Assembly (NCBI GenBank): GCA_963720545.1 | Contig: OY970399.1 | Span: forward strand, 4,025,373-4,089,372 | Length of the DNA: 64,000 nt | Direction of reading: 5' to 3' | Source: an uncultured Acidobacteriota bacterium | Lineage (GTDB): Bacteria > Acidobacteriota > Vicinamibacteria > Fen-336 | Shown here: positions 1 through 12,842 of the stretch, in pieces | Position numbering within the stretch: position 1 is the first letter of the stretch | Layout: every line of letters starts with the position of its first letter | Translations under genes and position numbers: made by a program | Notes under the pieces: model-generated | The model's input: the letters and a program-made list of their open reading frames with translations, nothing else | Databases searched by the model: none | What the model was told of the DNA's origin: nothing

Positions 1-952
1 GTCACGCCAGGTGGGAGAGCTGCTGGTTGCCGACATCGGCATCCCGGCGCTCGCGTTCCAGACGAGCGGCGAGGCGCTCTTCCTCAGCGAGCCCAAAGAC
101 GCGGCCGCCGCGTGGCCGCCGCGCGCCCGCGACGCCCACAAGGGCGACTTCGGCCACCTGCTGGTCATCGGCGGCTCGTTCGGCAAGACCGGCGCCGCGG
201 TGCTGAGCGCGCTGGGCGCGCTGCGCGCCGGCGCAGGTCTCGTCACTGTCGCCAGCACGCGCGCGTGCCTCGGCACGATCGCCGTGGGCGCACCGGAGAT
301 CATGACCGCGGCACTCAGCGGGGACGATGCGCTCGCCGGCGGGCAGGAGGCTGTCGATGCCGCGCTGCAGCTTGCCGACGAGCGCGATGCGCTCGTCATC
401 GGCCCCGGCTGCGGCCGCGATCCCGGAACCGCGCGCGTGCTGCAGGAGTTCCTGCGCGCCTCCATGAAGCCGGCGGTCGTGGACGCCGACGCGCTCCATG
501 CGCTCGGCGCCCTCGCAACCGGTATCGGCGAGCCGCGGCCCTGGATACTGACGCCGCACCCGGGGGAGGCCGGCCGGCTGCTCGGGGCGACGGCCTCGAT
601 GGTGATGGCGCGGCGGCTGGTGGCGGTGCGCGAGATCGCCCGCCGCTCGGGCGCCGTCACCGTGCTGAAGGGCGAGTGCACGCTCGTGGCCGATCCGCAG
701 GGCCGCGTCACGGTCAACCCCACCGGCGGACCAGCGATGGCGAAGGGCGGAAGTGGCGACGTTCTCGCCGGCGTCGCCGGTGCCTTGCTGGCACGCGGCG
801 CCGACCCCTGGATCGCAGCCACTGCTGCCGTCTACGCACACGGTGCGGCGGCCGACCGCTGCGCGCGCAGCCGCGGCCAGGAAGGCGTGCTCGCTTCCGA
901 GATCGCTGCTGAGATCGGGCCGGTTGTGCGCGACTTGTGCGAGCTGCGTTGA
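1..952 (+). CDS. nnrD: NAD(P)HX dehydratase (YjeF C-terminal carbohydrate-kinase domain), 5' truncated by the window
   Basis: HKGDFG, GAGLVT, VVDADAL, LTPHPGE and MAKGGSGDVLAG motifs; lies directly upstream of tsaE as is typical. Confidence 0.92.
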   Translation, partial: SRQVGELLVADIGIPALAFQTSGEALFLSEPKDAAAAWPPRARDAHKGDFGHLLVIGGSFGKTGAAVLSALGALRAGAGLVTVASTRACLGTIAVGAPEIMTAALSGDDALAGGQEAVDAALQLADERDALVIGPGCGRDPGTARVLQEFLRASMKPAVVDADALHALGALATGIGEPRPWILTPHPGEAGRLLGATASMVMARRLVAVREIARRSGAVTVLKGECTLVADPQGRVTVNPTGGPAMAKGGSGDVLAGVAGALLARGADPWIAATAAVYAHGAAADRCARSRGQEGVLASEIAAEIGPVVRDLCELR

Positions 953-1413
953 GCGTCGAGGCGCGCGCTCCCGTACGCGTCACAGAGCATCTCACGGCCA
1001 GCGAAGCCGAGACGGCGCGGCTCGCCGCCTCGCTCGCGTCTGCCTTTCGCGGCGGCGAGGTGCTGCTGCTGCATGGCGAGCTGGGCGCCGGCAAAACCGC
1101 GTTCGTGCGCGGCCTCGCGGTGGGACTGGGCGCCGACCCGGAAGACGTCGCAAGCCCGACGTTCGTGCTGCTCACGGCCTACAAGGGACGGCTGACGCTG
1201 CACCACGCAGACCTCTACCGCCTGCCGCAGCTCGGTGCCGGCGACGAGGCCGATCTCGGGCTCGAGGAACTGCCGGGCGGGAACGGGGTGCTCGCGGTCG
1301 AATGGGCCGAGCGGCTGCGCGCCCCGGCCTGGCCGGACCCCATCCGCGTGACCCTCGAACACTGCGGCGACAGCGCCCGCCGCATCGTCATCGAATGGCG
1401 CGGCGCCGCTTGA
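949..1413 (+). CDS. tsaE: tRNA threonylcarbamoyladenosine biosynthesis ATPase TsaE
   Basis: GELGAGKT Walker A, SPTF, HADLYRL, VEWAE; TTG start overlaps the nnrD stop (start uncertain). Confidence 0.93.
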   Translation: MSVEARAPVRVTEHLTASEAETARLAASLASAFRGGEVLLLHGELGAGKTAFVRGLAVGLGADPEDVASPTFVLLTAYKGRLTLHHADLYRLPQLGAGDEADLGLEELPGGNGVLAVEWAERLRAPAWPDPIRVTLEHCGDSARRIVIEWRGAA

Positions 1414-2867
1414 CGCGGAGGCGCTTGAGAAGACACGCCGGACTCGCAGCGGCGGCAGCCGCACTCCTCGCGTGCTCGGGCTGCCCGGGCAGCGGCAGGC
1501 AGCCGGCCGCGGAACAGAGCGCAAAGGCACAGCCGCGCGGCGGCAGCGCCTTCAATGTCCTGCTCATCACCATCGACACCCTGCGCGCCGACCATCTCGG
1601 TGCCTACGGCTACGGCCGCGCCACGAGCCCGGCGATCGACGCCCTGGCCGCACGCGGCACGCTGTTCGAGAACGCTTTCACGCACTGGCCGAAGACCCGC
1701 GGCAGCCTCGCGATCATGCTCACCGGCCGGCGCCCTTCGCAAAACGGCTACAGCAAGAGTCATCCCGGCGTCGCCGGCTTCAACGCCACGATCGCGAGCA
1801 TCCTGGCCGCGGCCGGCTACGATACAGCGGCCGTCGTGGACAACCCGAACGTCGCGCGCGAACACGGCTACGCCAAGGGTTTCGCGAACTACACGCAGAC
1901 CTGGGACGACGCTGCGCTCACCAGCGAGTGGGCGCGCACCCGCGCCATCACCGACGGCGCGCTGCGCTACCTGCAATCCCCGCGCGAGCGGCCTTTCTTC
2001 CTCTGGCTGCACTACGTGAACCCGCATGCTCCGTACACCCCGCCGTCGCCGTTCAACAGCCGCTTCGCGGATGCGGCCGCCGCCGCCGGTCCGGCGCTGC
2101 CGGTGGTCGCGAGTTTCCACGGCGGCATCCCGCGCCAGTGGGCACAGCCGGGCCAGAACCGGCTCGGCTACTACGTGGCGCAGTACGACGGCGAAATTGC
2201 TGCGGTCGATTCGGAGATCGGCCGGCTGCTCGCGGCGCTGCACGCTTCGGGCGGCGAGGCGCACACGGTGGTGCTGCTCACGTCCGACCATGGCGAGAGC
2301 CTTGGCGAGCACGGCTACTACTTCGACCACGGCGAGGACCTGTTCCAGCCCTCGCTGCGCATCCCGCTGATCGTCGCCGGGCCGGGCGTGCCCGCCGCGC
2401 AGCGCTCGCAGGCGTTCGTCTCGACGCTCGACGTCATGCCGACGCTGCTCGACGCGGTCAAGGTGTCGTATCCGCCCGAACTCGGCGGGCAGAGTGCGCT
2501 GCCGTGGGTCGCGAGCCTGGCCGGTGCGCGCACCCGGCTCTTCGCCGGCAACGACCGCAACCTGAGCGCCACCTGGACCGCCGCGCACAAGCTGGTCCTG
2601 ACTCCCGGCGACGCACGCCCGGCGTTTGCCCTCTACGACCTCGTGCGCGACCCCGCAGAAGGGCGCGACCTTGCGAGTTCGCGCAACCCGGGCACCGCCG
2701 GGACCCTGCGCGCCGAACGCCGCGAGCTCGAGCTGTTCCTCGAGCGCACGGGCCGCGAGTGGAGCCGCACGCGGCCGCAGCTGGGTGCGAAGAGCAACGT
2801 CAAGCTGGGCCCCGAAGCCTGCGAAAAGCTGCGCGCGCTCGGCTACGTCGTTGCCGAGTGTGAGTGA
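1395..2867 (+). CDS. Exported sulfatase-like / alkaline phosphatase superfamily hydrolase, probable lipoprotein
   Basis: NVLLITIDTLRADHL, PFFLWLHY..PHAPY, SDHGESLGEH, C-terminal LRALGYV; lipobox-like LLAC. Confidence 0.85.
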   Translation: MARRRLTRRRLRRHAGLAAAAAALLACSGCPGSGRQPAAEQSAKAQPRGGSAFNVLLITIDTLRADHLGAYGYGRATSPAIDALAARGTLFENAFTHWPKTRGSLAIMLTGRRPSQNGYSKSHPGVAGFNATIASILAAAGYDTAAVVDNPNVAREHGYAKGFANYTQTWDDAALTSEWARTRAITDGALRYLQSPRERPFFLWLHYVNPHAPYTPPSPFNSRFADAAAAAGPALPVVASFHGGIPRQWAQPGQNRLGYYVAQYDGEIAAVDSEIGRLLAALHASGGEAHTVVLLTSDHGESLGEHGYYFDHGEDLFQPSLRIPLIVAGPGVPAAQRSQAFVSTLDVMPTLLDAVKVSYPPELGGQSALPWVASLAGARTRLFAGNDRNLSATWTAAHKLVLTPGDARPAFALYDLVRDPAEGRDLASSRNPGTAGTLRAERRELELFLERTGREWSRTRPQLGAKSNVKLGPEACEKLRALGYVVAECE

Positions 2868-2873
2868 CCGGGG

Positions 2874-4454
2874 CTACTTCACGCCCATGCAGGTGGCACA
2901 GACGTCGAGCAGCGTGCCCGCCAGCATGTCCTGGCGCCGCTCCTTGAGCACGTCGCTCTTCCATACGCGCTCGAGCGACTGGGCGAAGACGTTCGCGGTC
3001 TTGGTGCGCCCCTCGTAGTCGGTGCAGCAGGTCGTGACGTCGCCGTTCCACTGCACCACCAGCTGGTCGTAGGGCGCCGGGCAGTACGTGTCCTTCACCT
3101 CGTGAACCTCGTGCGCGCCCACCACGTTGCCCCACGAGTGGCAGCGCTTCCACACCAGGTGCACGCCGTCGAGCAGCGTGTAGCGGCTGCCGTTCTCGTC
3201 GGTGTCGAGGAATGAAGCACCGCGGATCCTGTCCCAGTCGTGTTGGCGCGGCGCTAGGCCGTAGCGCTTCTCGAGCTGCTGGCAGAACAGGATCCAGTCG
3301 GTGACGAAGTGCAGCGCCTGCTGGTCCTCGCTCACGATCTGGTAGCCGTCGAAGTGCTTGGTGTTCATGATGTCGATCTCGATGTTGGTGCGGCCGCCCA
3401 GCGCCACCTTGCGCTCGACGGCGAGGCGCACCTTGTCGCGATAGTCGTCGAACGCGATCTTCGGCGCCTTGCGGGTCTTGAACGAGGTGTCGTCCGGCGT
3501 CTGGTACGAAAGGATCATGTTGGTGAGGCCGGCCTGGTAGAGCGCGTCCACCCGCTCCTGGGTGATCAGGCCACAGTTGGTGTTGAGCTCGATCGGCACG
3601 CCCTGGCTCTCGGCGCGCGCCACGATCTCGGGCAGGTCGGGGTGCAGCATCGGCTCGCCCATCTGGTGGAGCTTCACCGGATAGATGGGCCCGAGCCAGC
3701 CGCGCTTCTGCGCGACCTCATCGATCAGGCGGAACACCTTCTGCTTCTTCATGAAGCCGCGCCGCCGGCCCATGATTTCGTCGGGGCACCAGGTGCACTT
3801 GAAGTTGCAGGCGTTGGTGATCTCGATGAACAGGTAGTTGATGGGGTAGAAGCGACCCGGCAGCTTCTTCAGCTCGGGGAGTGGCGCCGTCGCGGGAAAC
3901 ACCGCAAGGTCGGGATGCGGACCGGTGCCCGCGCGCAGCGACGCAACCAGCAGCTCCTGCCGGAACTCGAGGCGGAACGAGGCGCCGAGGTTCTGGGTGC
4001 GCGCGGCGTCGAAGTCGCGCAGCAGGAAGAGCGCCTTGCGAAACATCCGCAGCCCGGTGGCGTCGGGGTTGTAGAGCTGTTCGGCGCTCTTGTAGAGCCC
4101 GCCGAATTCCGCGCTCAGGTCCTGCGAGGCGTACTGCAGGCGGAATTCGCCGAAGCGCGCGCCAAAGTATTCGACCTCGACCCACAAGCCGCCGCCGCCC
4201 TGGTTTTCGAAGGCGCGCGCCAGCGCTTCGGCCGGCAGCACGAAGTAGACGTAGTGTGACTTGTCGTCGGGACCGAGGCATTGCCGGCCTTGGACCGCCG
4301 TCACTTGCCAGCAGCCGTCGCCGCCGCTCGGCACCGCGATGTCGCCTTGCGGCCCCTGCGGACCAACGGTGATGCTGAAGGCGCGCGGTGCCTGAGGCTC
4401 CACCAGCCGGCCGAGGGATCGCCGCAAAGCGCCAAGCGACAGGCGGCCGCTCAC
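2874..4454 (-). CDS. Radical SAM protein with SPASM/Twitch C-terminus and an extra N-terminal beta-rich domain
   Basis: CNFKCTWC, GEPMLHP, CPAPY..GDVTTCC..CATC; GTG start overlaps the upstream stop (GTGA). Confidence 0.88.
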   Translation of the reverse strand: MSGRLSLGALRRSLGRLVEPQAPRAFSITVGPQGPQGDIAVPSGGDGCWQVTAVQGRQCLGPDDKSHYVYFVLPAEALARAFENQGGGGLWVEVEYFGARFGEFRLQYASQDLSAEFGGLYKSAEQLYNPDATGLRMFRKALFLLRDFDAARTQNLGASFRLEFRQELLVASLRAGTGPHPDLAVFPATAPLPELKKLPGRFYPINYLFIEITNACNFKCTWCPDEIMGRRRGFMKKQKVFRLIDEVAQKRGWLGPIYPVKLHQMGEPMLHPDLPEIVARAESQGVPIELNTNCGLITQERVDALYQAGLTNMILSYQTPDDTSFKTRKAPKIAFDDYRDKVRLAVERKVALGGRTNIEIDIMNTKHFDGYQIVSEDQQALHFVTDWILFCQQLEKRYGLAPRQHDWDRIRGASFLDTDENGSRYTLLDGVHLVWKRCHSWGNVVGAHEVHEVKDTYCPAPYDQLVVQWNGDVTTCCTDYEGRTKTANVFAQSLERVWKSDVLKERRQDMLAGTLLDVCATCMGVK

Positions 4455-5413
4455 CAGCCCACCTCGGCGCCGACGCGCAGCGACGACGCGATGATGTCGC
4501 ACCAACGGTCCATGCGGCTCCACTGCTCCTCTTCGGCCTCGCAGGTGAGGGAGTATCCCTTGCCCGCGGCCACTCGATAGTACCGCTTGATCCGCGATTC
4601 GGAGACTTGTGTTTCAGTGCGCATCAGGTCGGCCCAGCCGCCATTCCAGGCGGTGTGCGACAGGACCGGAAACGAGTCGCCGAGGGAGGCGCGCACCGAG
4701 TTGTAATACGCCTCGAGACTGCCGTCGCCTGGGCCTGGCTGAACGGCCAGGGTCAGGGAGGCGTGGCCGGTGTTGCCTTTCGCGTCGGCTGCGATCGCCG
4801 GGCTCTGCCACTGGCCGAGATAGCTGTCGCCGCGCGACAGGGTGCGCTGGCTGCGCCAGGAAGGCGGCACCCGCAGCGCGAAGGCAAAGGCGGCGTTCTT
4901 CACCTCCGGGTAAAGGACCGCGCGCTCCAGGGTGACGCTCGCGGCCATCGCTTCGAGCGTCGTGCGGTGGGTGTCGAAGGCGGCGCCAAGGCCCTGCGCA
5001 TGGAAGCCGAAGATCCCGGGCGCCGGGCCATCGCCTGCGGACGCCGCGAGCAGCAGCAGGTGGCGGGTTCCGCCGGCCGTCTCGAAGCGGTAGCTGCGGC
5101 CGCGCAAACCCGGACGCTCGTCGCCGCGCGCGTCGAGCCCCGTGCCGCCGGCGCCGAAGGTCCGCGCGTACGCGTCGAGATCGGACGTGGGCGGCGCCAC
5201 CAGCAACGTTGCCGAAACGGAAGCGGCACCGGCACCGGCGTCGTCCGCGGCCGGCGTGAAAGTGCGGAACCAGACGCCGTCCTTCTCCTGCTGCTGCGAA
5301 CGCCAGCCCGCCGGATACTGCATGCTCAATGCGTGCGCGTTGCTGAAGTAGGTGATCATGGGCACGGCACCGCCGCCGCAGGCCGCGAAGGCGCAGAGGG
5401 CGGCGCCCAGCAC
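4451..5413 (-). CDS. Hypothetical lipoprotein with two PsbP/Mog1p-like repeats
   Basis: Lipobox FAAC; repeated SMQYPAGW and ALRVPPSW segments; downstream of guaB; start uncertain. Confidence 0.6.
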   Translation of the reverse strand: MLGAALCAFAACGGGAVPMITYFSNAHALSMQYPAGWRSQQQEKDGVWFRTFTPAADDAGAGAASVSATLLVAPPTSDLDAYARTFGAGGTGLDARGDERPGLRGRSYRFETAGGTRHLLLLAASAGDGPAPGIFGFHAQGLGAAFDTHRTTLEAMAASVTLERAVLYPEVKNAAFAFALRVPPSWRSQRTLSRGDSYLGQWQSPAIAADAKGNTGHASLTLAVQPGPGDGSLEAYYNSVRASLGDSFPVLSHTAWNGGWADLMRTETQVSESRIKRYYRVAAGKGYSLTCEAEEEQWSRMDRWCDIIASSLRVGAEVGW

Positions 5414-5432
5414 CAGCGCCGCAGCGAAGCGG

Positions 5433-6896
5433 CTACTCGAGCCGGTAATTGGGCGCTTCCTTGGTGATGATGACGTCGTGCACGTGGCTCTCCTTGAGCC
5501 CGGCCGACGAAATGCGGATGAAGCGGGCTTTCTCGCGCAGCTCTTTCATGGTGGCCGTGCCGCAGTAGCCCATGCCGGCACGGATGCCGCCGACGAGCTG
5601 TTGCACCATGCCCGAGAGCGGGCCCTTGTGCGGCACCATGCCCTCGATGCCTTCGGGCACCAGCTTGCCGGCGCTGCCCTCGAACTCCTGGAAGTAGCGG
5701 TCCTTCGAGCCTTCCTTCATCGCGCCGATGCTGCCCATGCCGCGGTAGCTCTTGAACGAACGGCCCTGGCGCAGGATCAATTCGCCCGGGCTCTCATCGG
5801 TGCCGGCGAACAGCGACCCGATCATCACCGACGACGCGCCGGCGGCCAGCGCCTTCACCACGTCGCCCGAAAACTTTATGCCGCCGTCGGCAATCACAGG
5901 AACGTCGCCCTTGGCGCAGGCGCGCGCCGCTTCGGCAACCGCGGTGATCTGCGGCATGCCGGCTCCGGAGACGACCCGCGTCGTGCAGATGGAGCCCGGG
6001 CCCATGCCGACCTTCACGGCAGAGACGCCCGCCGACACCAGCTCGGCGGCGCCTGCGAACGTGCCGACGTTGCCGGCGATGAGGTCGAGATCGGGGAAGC
6101 GCTTGCGGATGGCGGCGACCGTCTCGAGCACCTTGGTGGTGTGGCCGTGCGCCGTGTCCACCGCGATCACGTCGATCTTGGCGTCGACCAGCGCAGCCGT
6201 GCGGTCGAGGAAGTCGGCCGAGACGCCCACCGCGGCGCCGACCCGCAGCCGGCCCAGGTCGTCCTTGCACGCGTTCGGGTACTTGATCTGCTTCTGGATG
6301 TCCTTGACCGTGATCAGGCCCTTGAGGTTGCCCTTTTTGTCCACCACCAGCAGCTTTTCCACCTTGTGGCGCTGCAGGATCTTCTTCGCCTGCTCGAGCG
6401 TGGTGCCGACCGGGACCGTGATGAGGTTGTCCTTCGTCATCAGGTCCGAAACCTTGAGCTGAGTGCGGGTCTCGAAGCGCACGTCGCGGTTCGTCAGGAT
6501 GCCGACGAGCCTGGTGCCGTTCGTGACCGGCACGCCGCTGATGCGGTAGTTCGTCATCATCGCGAGCGCGTCGGCGACACGCGCGTCGGGGGAGATCGTG
6601 ACCGGGTCGACGATCATCCCCGACTCGGAGCGCTTCACCTTGTCGACCTCGGCGGCCTGCGCCTCGACGGTCATGTTCTTGTGGATGAAGCCGATGCCGC
6701 CTTCCTGGGCGAGGGCGATGGCGAGCGGCGCCTCGCACACCGTATCCATTGCGGCGGCGACGATGGGGATGCTGAGCGTGATGCGCTTCGTCAGGCGGGT
6801 GGCGACGTCGACCTCGGACGGAAGGACTTCGGAACGCTGGGGTACCAGGAGGACGTCGTCGAAGGTGAGGGCCTCGGGAAGGTCCTTCTCAAGCAT
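5433..6896 (-). CDS. guaB: IMP dehydrogenase
   Basis: [14 protein letters not shown] pair, [15 protein letters not shown]. Confidence 0.98.
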   Translation of the reverse strand: MLEKDLPEALTFDDVLLVPQRSEVLPSEVDVATRLTKRITLSIPIVAAAMDTVCEAPLAIALAQEGGIGFIHKNMTVEAQAAEVDKVKRSESGMIVDPVTISPDARVADALAMMTNYRISGVPVTNGTRLVGILTNRDVRFETRTQLKVSDLMTKDNLITVPVGTTLEQAKKILQRHKVEKLLVVDKKGNLKGLITVKDIQKQIKYPNACKDDLGRLRVGAAVGVSADFLDRTAALVDAKIDVIAVDTAHGHTTKVLETVAAIRKRFPDLDLIAGNVGTFAGAAELVSAGVSAVKVGMGPGSICTTRVVSGAGMPQITAVAEAARACAKGDVPVIADGGIKFSGDVVKALAAGASSVMIGSLFAGTDESPGELILRQGRSFKSYRGMGSIGAMKEGSKDRYFQEFEGSAGKLVPEGIEGMVPHKGPLSGMVQQLVGGIRAGMGYCGTATMKELREKARFIRISSAGLKESHVHDVIITKEAPNYRLE

Positions 6897-6902
6897 TCGT
6901 GG

Positions 6903-10073
<3,171 letters not shown>

Positions 10074-10196
10074 GGCCTCCGAAGGCCGCCGCGGATGGAA
10101 AAAGGCTTACGTCTTTGTGTCGGGCTTGGAACGACAGATTAACAGACGCGCGCAGGCCGGGCTAACGCCGGCGCTGGTGCGGAGGGCGGCTTTGCG

Positions 10197-11081
10197 CTAA
10201 CCCAGCGAGCGGCTGTGCTCGATGATGTAGTTCATCGGGTTCCTGGCCTGGTCGCGCACCCAGACCTCGTAGTGCAGGTGCGGACCGGTGGAGCGCCCGG
10301 TGTTGCCCACGTAGCCGATGGTGTCGCCGCGATTCACCTTCTGGCCGGCCCGCACCGCGATGCTGCTGAGGTGGCCGTATTGGGTGACCGTGCCGTAGCC
10401 GTGGTTGATGACGATGGCGTTGCCGTACGCGGCCTTGGGCCCGGTGAAGATCACCGTGCCGTCGGCCGGCGCCGTGATGGGCGTGCCCGTCTGGGTCGCG
10501 ATGTCGATGCCGGGATGGAAGTCGGGCTGGCCGGTGAAGGGATCGAGGCGGTTGCCGAACGAGGTGGACAGGTAACCGCGCACCGGCCAGGTGCTCGGCG
10601 TCGACGCCAGCATGATCTTCTGGTCGGTGAGGAAGGTCTCGAGACGGGCCGAGCGCCGCTTGAGGTCGCTGACTTCCTGGTCTATGCCCTGGATGTAGCT
10701 CTTCAGGTCGGGCGCCAGCGAGTCGTGGGAAGTGGCGCCGCCGACGCCCGCGGGCGCGTTCTGCTCCACCTCGACCCCGGCCATGACGCCCAGCTTGGTG
10801 ACCGTCGTCTGCAACTGCGAGAGCTGCGCCTTCAGTCCTTCGGTGAGTTTCTGGTACTCACTGGTGCGCGTCGCGAGGCTCTGGTTCTCGGCGCGCAGCT
10901 GTCGCATCTCGCGGGCCTGGAAATTCATGTAGACGTAGTGCGCGAACAGGCCGAAGAGGACCGCGCCGCAAACGCCGCCGAGGAGGCGCGCGCGCCGGAC
11001 CAGGCCCACTGGAATCTGGAACTTGCGAAATTGAGCCTTGGCGTGCGGAACGACGATGAGGGTATAGAACTCGTTTGCCAT
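10197..11081 (-). CDS. M23 family metallopeptidase with TM helix and coiled coil
   Basis: HPGID, YGHLS, GRSTGPHLHYEV; commonly found upstream of secA. Confidence 0.93.
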   Translation of the reverse strand: MANEFYTLIVVPHAKAQFRKFQIPVGLVRRARLLGGVCGAVLFGLFAHYVYMNFQAREMRQLRAENQSLATRTSEYQKLTEGLKAQLSQLQTTVTKLGVMAGVEVEQNAPAGVGGATSHDSLAPDLKSYIQGIDQEVSDLKRRSARLETFLTDQKIMLASTPSTWPVRGYLSTSFGNRLDPFTGQPDFHPGIDIATQTGTPITAPADGTVIFTGPKAAYGNAIVINHGYGTVTQYGHLSSIAVRAGQKVNRGDTIGYVGNTGRSTGPHLHYEVWVRDQARNPMNYIIEHSRSLG

Positions 11082-11137
11082 GGTCCCCTTTGCGACGCAG
11101 CGCGAAACTTCTGTGGCGGCCCATGGCCCACCGCGCC

Positions 11138-12742
11138 CTACGCCTGTAAATTCTTGAAAGGGAAGGCTACCACGCTGATTTTTGGCGGGTCAACCACGTT
11201 GTTGTCAAAACGATATGTATCACACTTGCCCACTGTGTCTTCGGGGCCACAGCGAAACTGAAGCGCTTCGAGGATGTGTTCGCCGAGCACCGCGTCCGAA
11301 CCCGCGAGGTCGGCGATGGTGAGCGCGACGCGCAGCATTCGGTCGTGGGCGCGGGCCGACAGGTCGTGCTTGCCAACTGCACGGTCGCGCACGCCACGCG
11401 CTTCGGCAGAGAGAAACGAGGGCGCGCGCAAGAGCTCGCCTTCCACACGCGCGTTCACCGAGGTGCCGCGCACCTCGGCGCGCGCCGCCTGGCGCAGCCG
11501 CGCCTCCTGGACGCGGCTTGCAACCGAACCGGTCGCCTCGCCGCGCGGTCCGCACAGCTCGTCGTGGGACACCGCGCGCATCTCGGCCCAGAGGTCGATG
11601 CGGTCGAGGAGGGGACCCGAGAGCCGGCGCGCGTAACCGTTGACCTCCTTCGGCGTGCAGCTGCAGCCCTGGCCGTCGCTGCCGCGCAGCCCGCACGGAC
11701 AGGGGTTCATCGCACCGACGAGCTGGAAGCTCGCCGGCAAGGTGAGCCGCCCGCGCACCCTGGAGATGGTGACGAAGCCGTCTTCCATGGGCTGGCGCAG
11801 GCTCTCGAGCGCACGCCTGCCGAACTCGGGCATCTCGTCGAGGAACAGCACGCCGTTGTGCGCGAGGCTCACCTCGCCGGGCCGCGGCAGCGAACCGCCG
11901 CCGACCAGCGACATTTCGCTGGCCGTGTGGTGCGGGCTGCGAAACGGCCGCGCTTCGAGCACGCCGCTCATGGGAATGCCGCCCGCCGAATGGATGGCAG
12001 TGGCTTCGACCGCTTCGTCTTCGCTGAGGCGCGGCAGGATCCCCGGCAGGCGCCGCGCGAGCATCGACTTGCCGGTGCCGGGAGGGCCGGTGAGCAGGAT
12101 GTTGTGCCCGCCGGCGGCGGCGATCTCGATGGCGCGCCGCGCGAGCGCCTGGCCGCGCACGTCGGCAAGGTCGGCCGGCGCGGCGATCGTCCGTGGCAGC
12201 CGGGCCACCGGCGGGGGATCGGGTCGCGGCGAAGCGGCGACCCAGTCGGCGGCGGCAAGCAGCGAACCCGCCGCGAACACGCGCGCCGACGACACGATGG
12301 CGGCCTCGCCGGCATTGGCAACCGGCACCACGACGTCGCGAATGCCGGCGGCACGCGCGGCCAGCACCATAGGCAGCACTGCGGGCACCGGCCGCAGCTC
12401 ACCGTCGAGCCCGAGTTCGCCGACGAGCAGGACGTCGGCGAGGTTCGCGAGCGGCAGCGTGCCGTCGGCACTGAGCAGCCCCAGCGCTATCGCGAGGTCG
12501 AACGACGAACCGACCTTGCGCAGGTCGGCGGGCGCGAGGCTGACGGTGATGCGGCGGTCCCAGCGAAACGGCAGCCCGCAGTTGCGGATGGCGGTGCGGA
12601 TGCGCCCGGCGCTCTCGCGCACCGACGAATCGGGAAGCCCGATGACGGTGAGCTGCGGAAAGCCGGTGGCGGTGTCGGCCTCGACGCGCACGATGCGCGC
12701 CTCGACACCGACGAGCGCCGCGGTGAGCGAAACAGCCAGCAT
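11138..12742 (-). CDS. comM: YifB/ComM Mg-chelatase-like AAA+ ATPase
   Basis: GLPDSSVRES, GPPGTGKS, PFRSPHH, LAHNGVLFLDE, NPCPCG, SGPLLDRID. Confidence 0.93.
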   Translation of the reverse strand: MLAVSLTAALVGVEARIVRVEADTATGFPQLTVIGLPDSSVRESAGRIRTAIRNCGLPFRWDRRITVSLAPADLRKVGSSFDLAIALGLLSADGTLPLANLADVLLVGELGLDGELRPVPAVLPMVLAARAAGIRDVVVPVANAGEAAIVSSARVFAAGSLLAAADWVAASPRPDPPPVARLPRTIAAPADLADVRGQALARRAIEIAAAGGHNILLTGPPGTGKSMLARRLPGILPRLSEDEAVEATAIHSAGGIPMSGVLEARPFRSPHHTASEMSLVGGGSLPRPGEVSLAHNGVLFLDEMPEFGRRALESLRQPMEDGFVTISRVRGRLTLPASFQLVGAMNPCPCGLRGSDGQGCSCTPKEVNGYARRLSGPLLDRIDLWAEMRAVSHDELCGPRGEATGSVASRVQEARLRQAARAEVRGTSVNARVEGELLRAPSFLSAEARGVRDRAVGKHDLSARAHDRMLRVALTIADLAGSDAVLGEHILEALQFRCGPEDTVGKCDTYRFDNNVVDPPKISVVAFPFKNLQA

Positions 12743-12842
12743 GAGGTTCTCCCCCCGGGAACGAGACAAGACGTGAGCCGGGGGAGAGCCGGCCGCGAGA
12801 GTGCAGTGTGCCCCAGCCCGCAGCCGGGCGAGGTCCGAAAGG

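Noticed and set aside
1395..4454. Sulfatase plus anaerobic sulfatase maturase pair
   Set aside because: The genes are convergent, the hydrolase lacks the Cys/Ser FGly motif, and the radical SAM has only a short Twitch-type cysteine set
11921..11930. GGCCGTGTGG matching the tRNA-Lys 3' region, as a possible att site in comM
   Set aside because: Only 10 bp, inside an intact gene, with core genes in between; expected by chance
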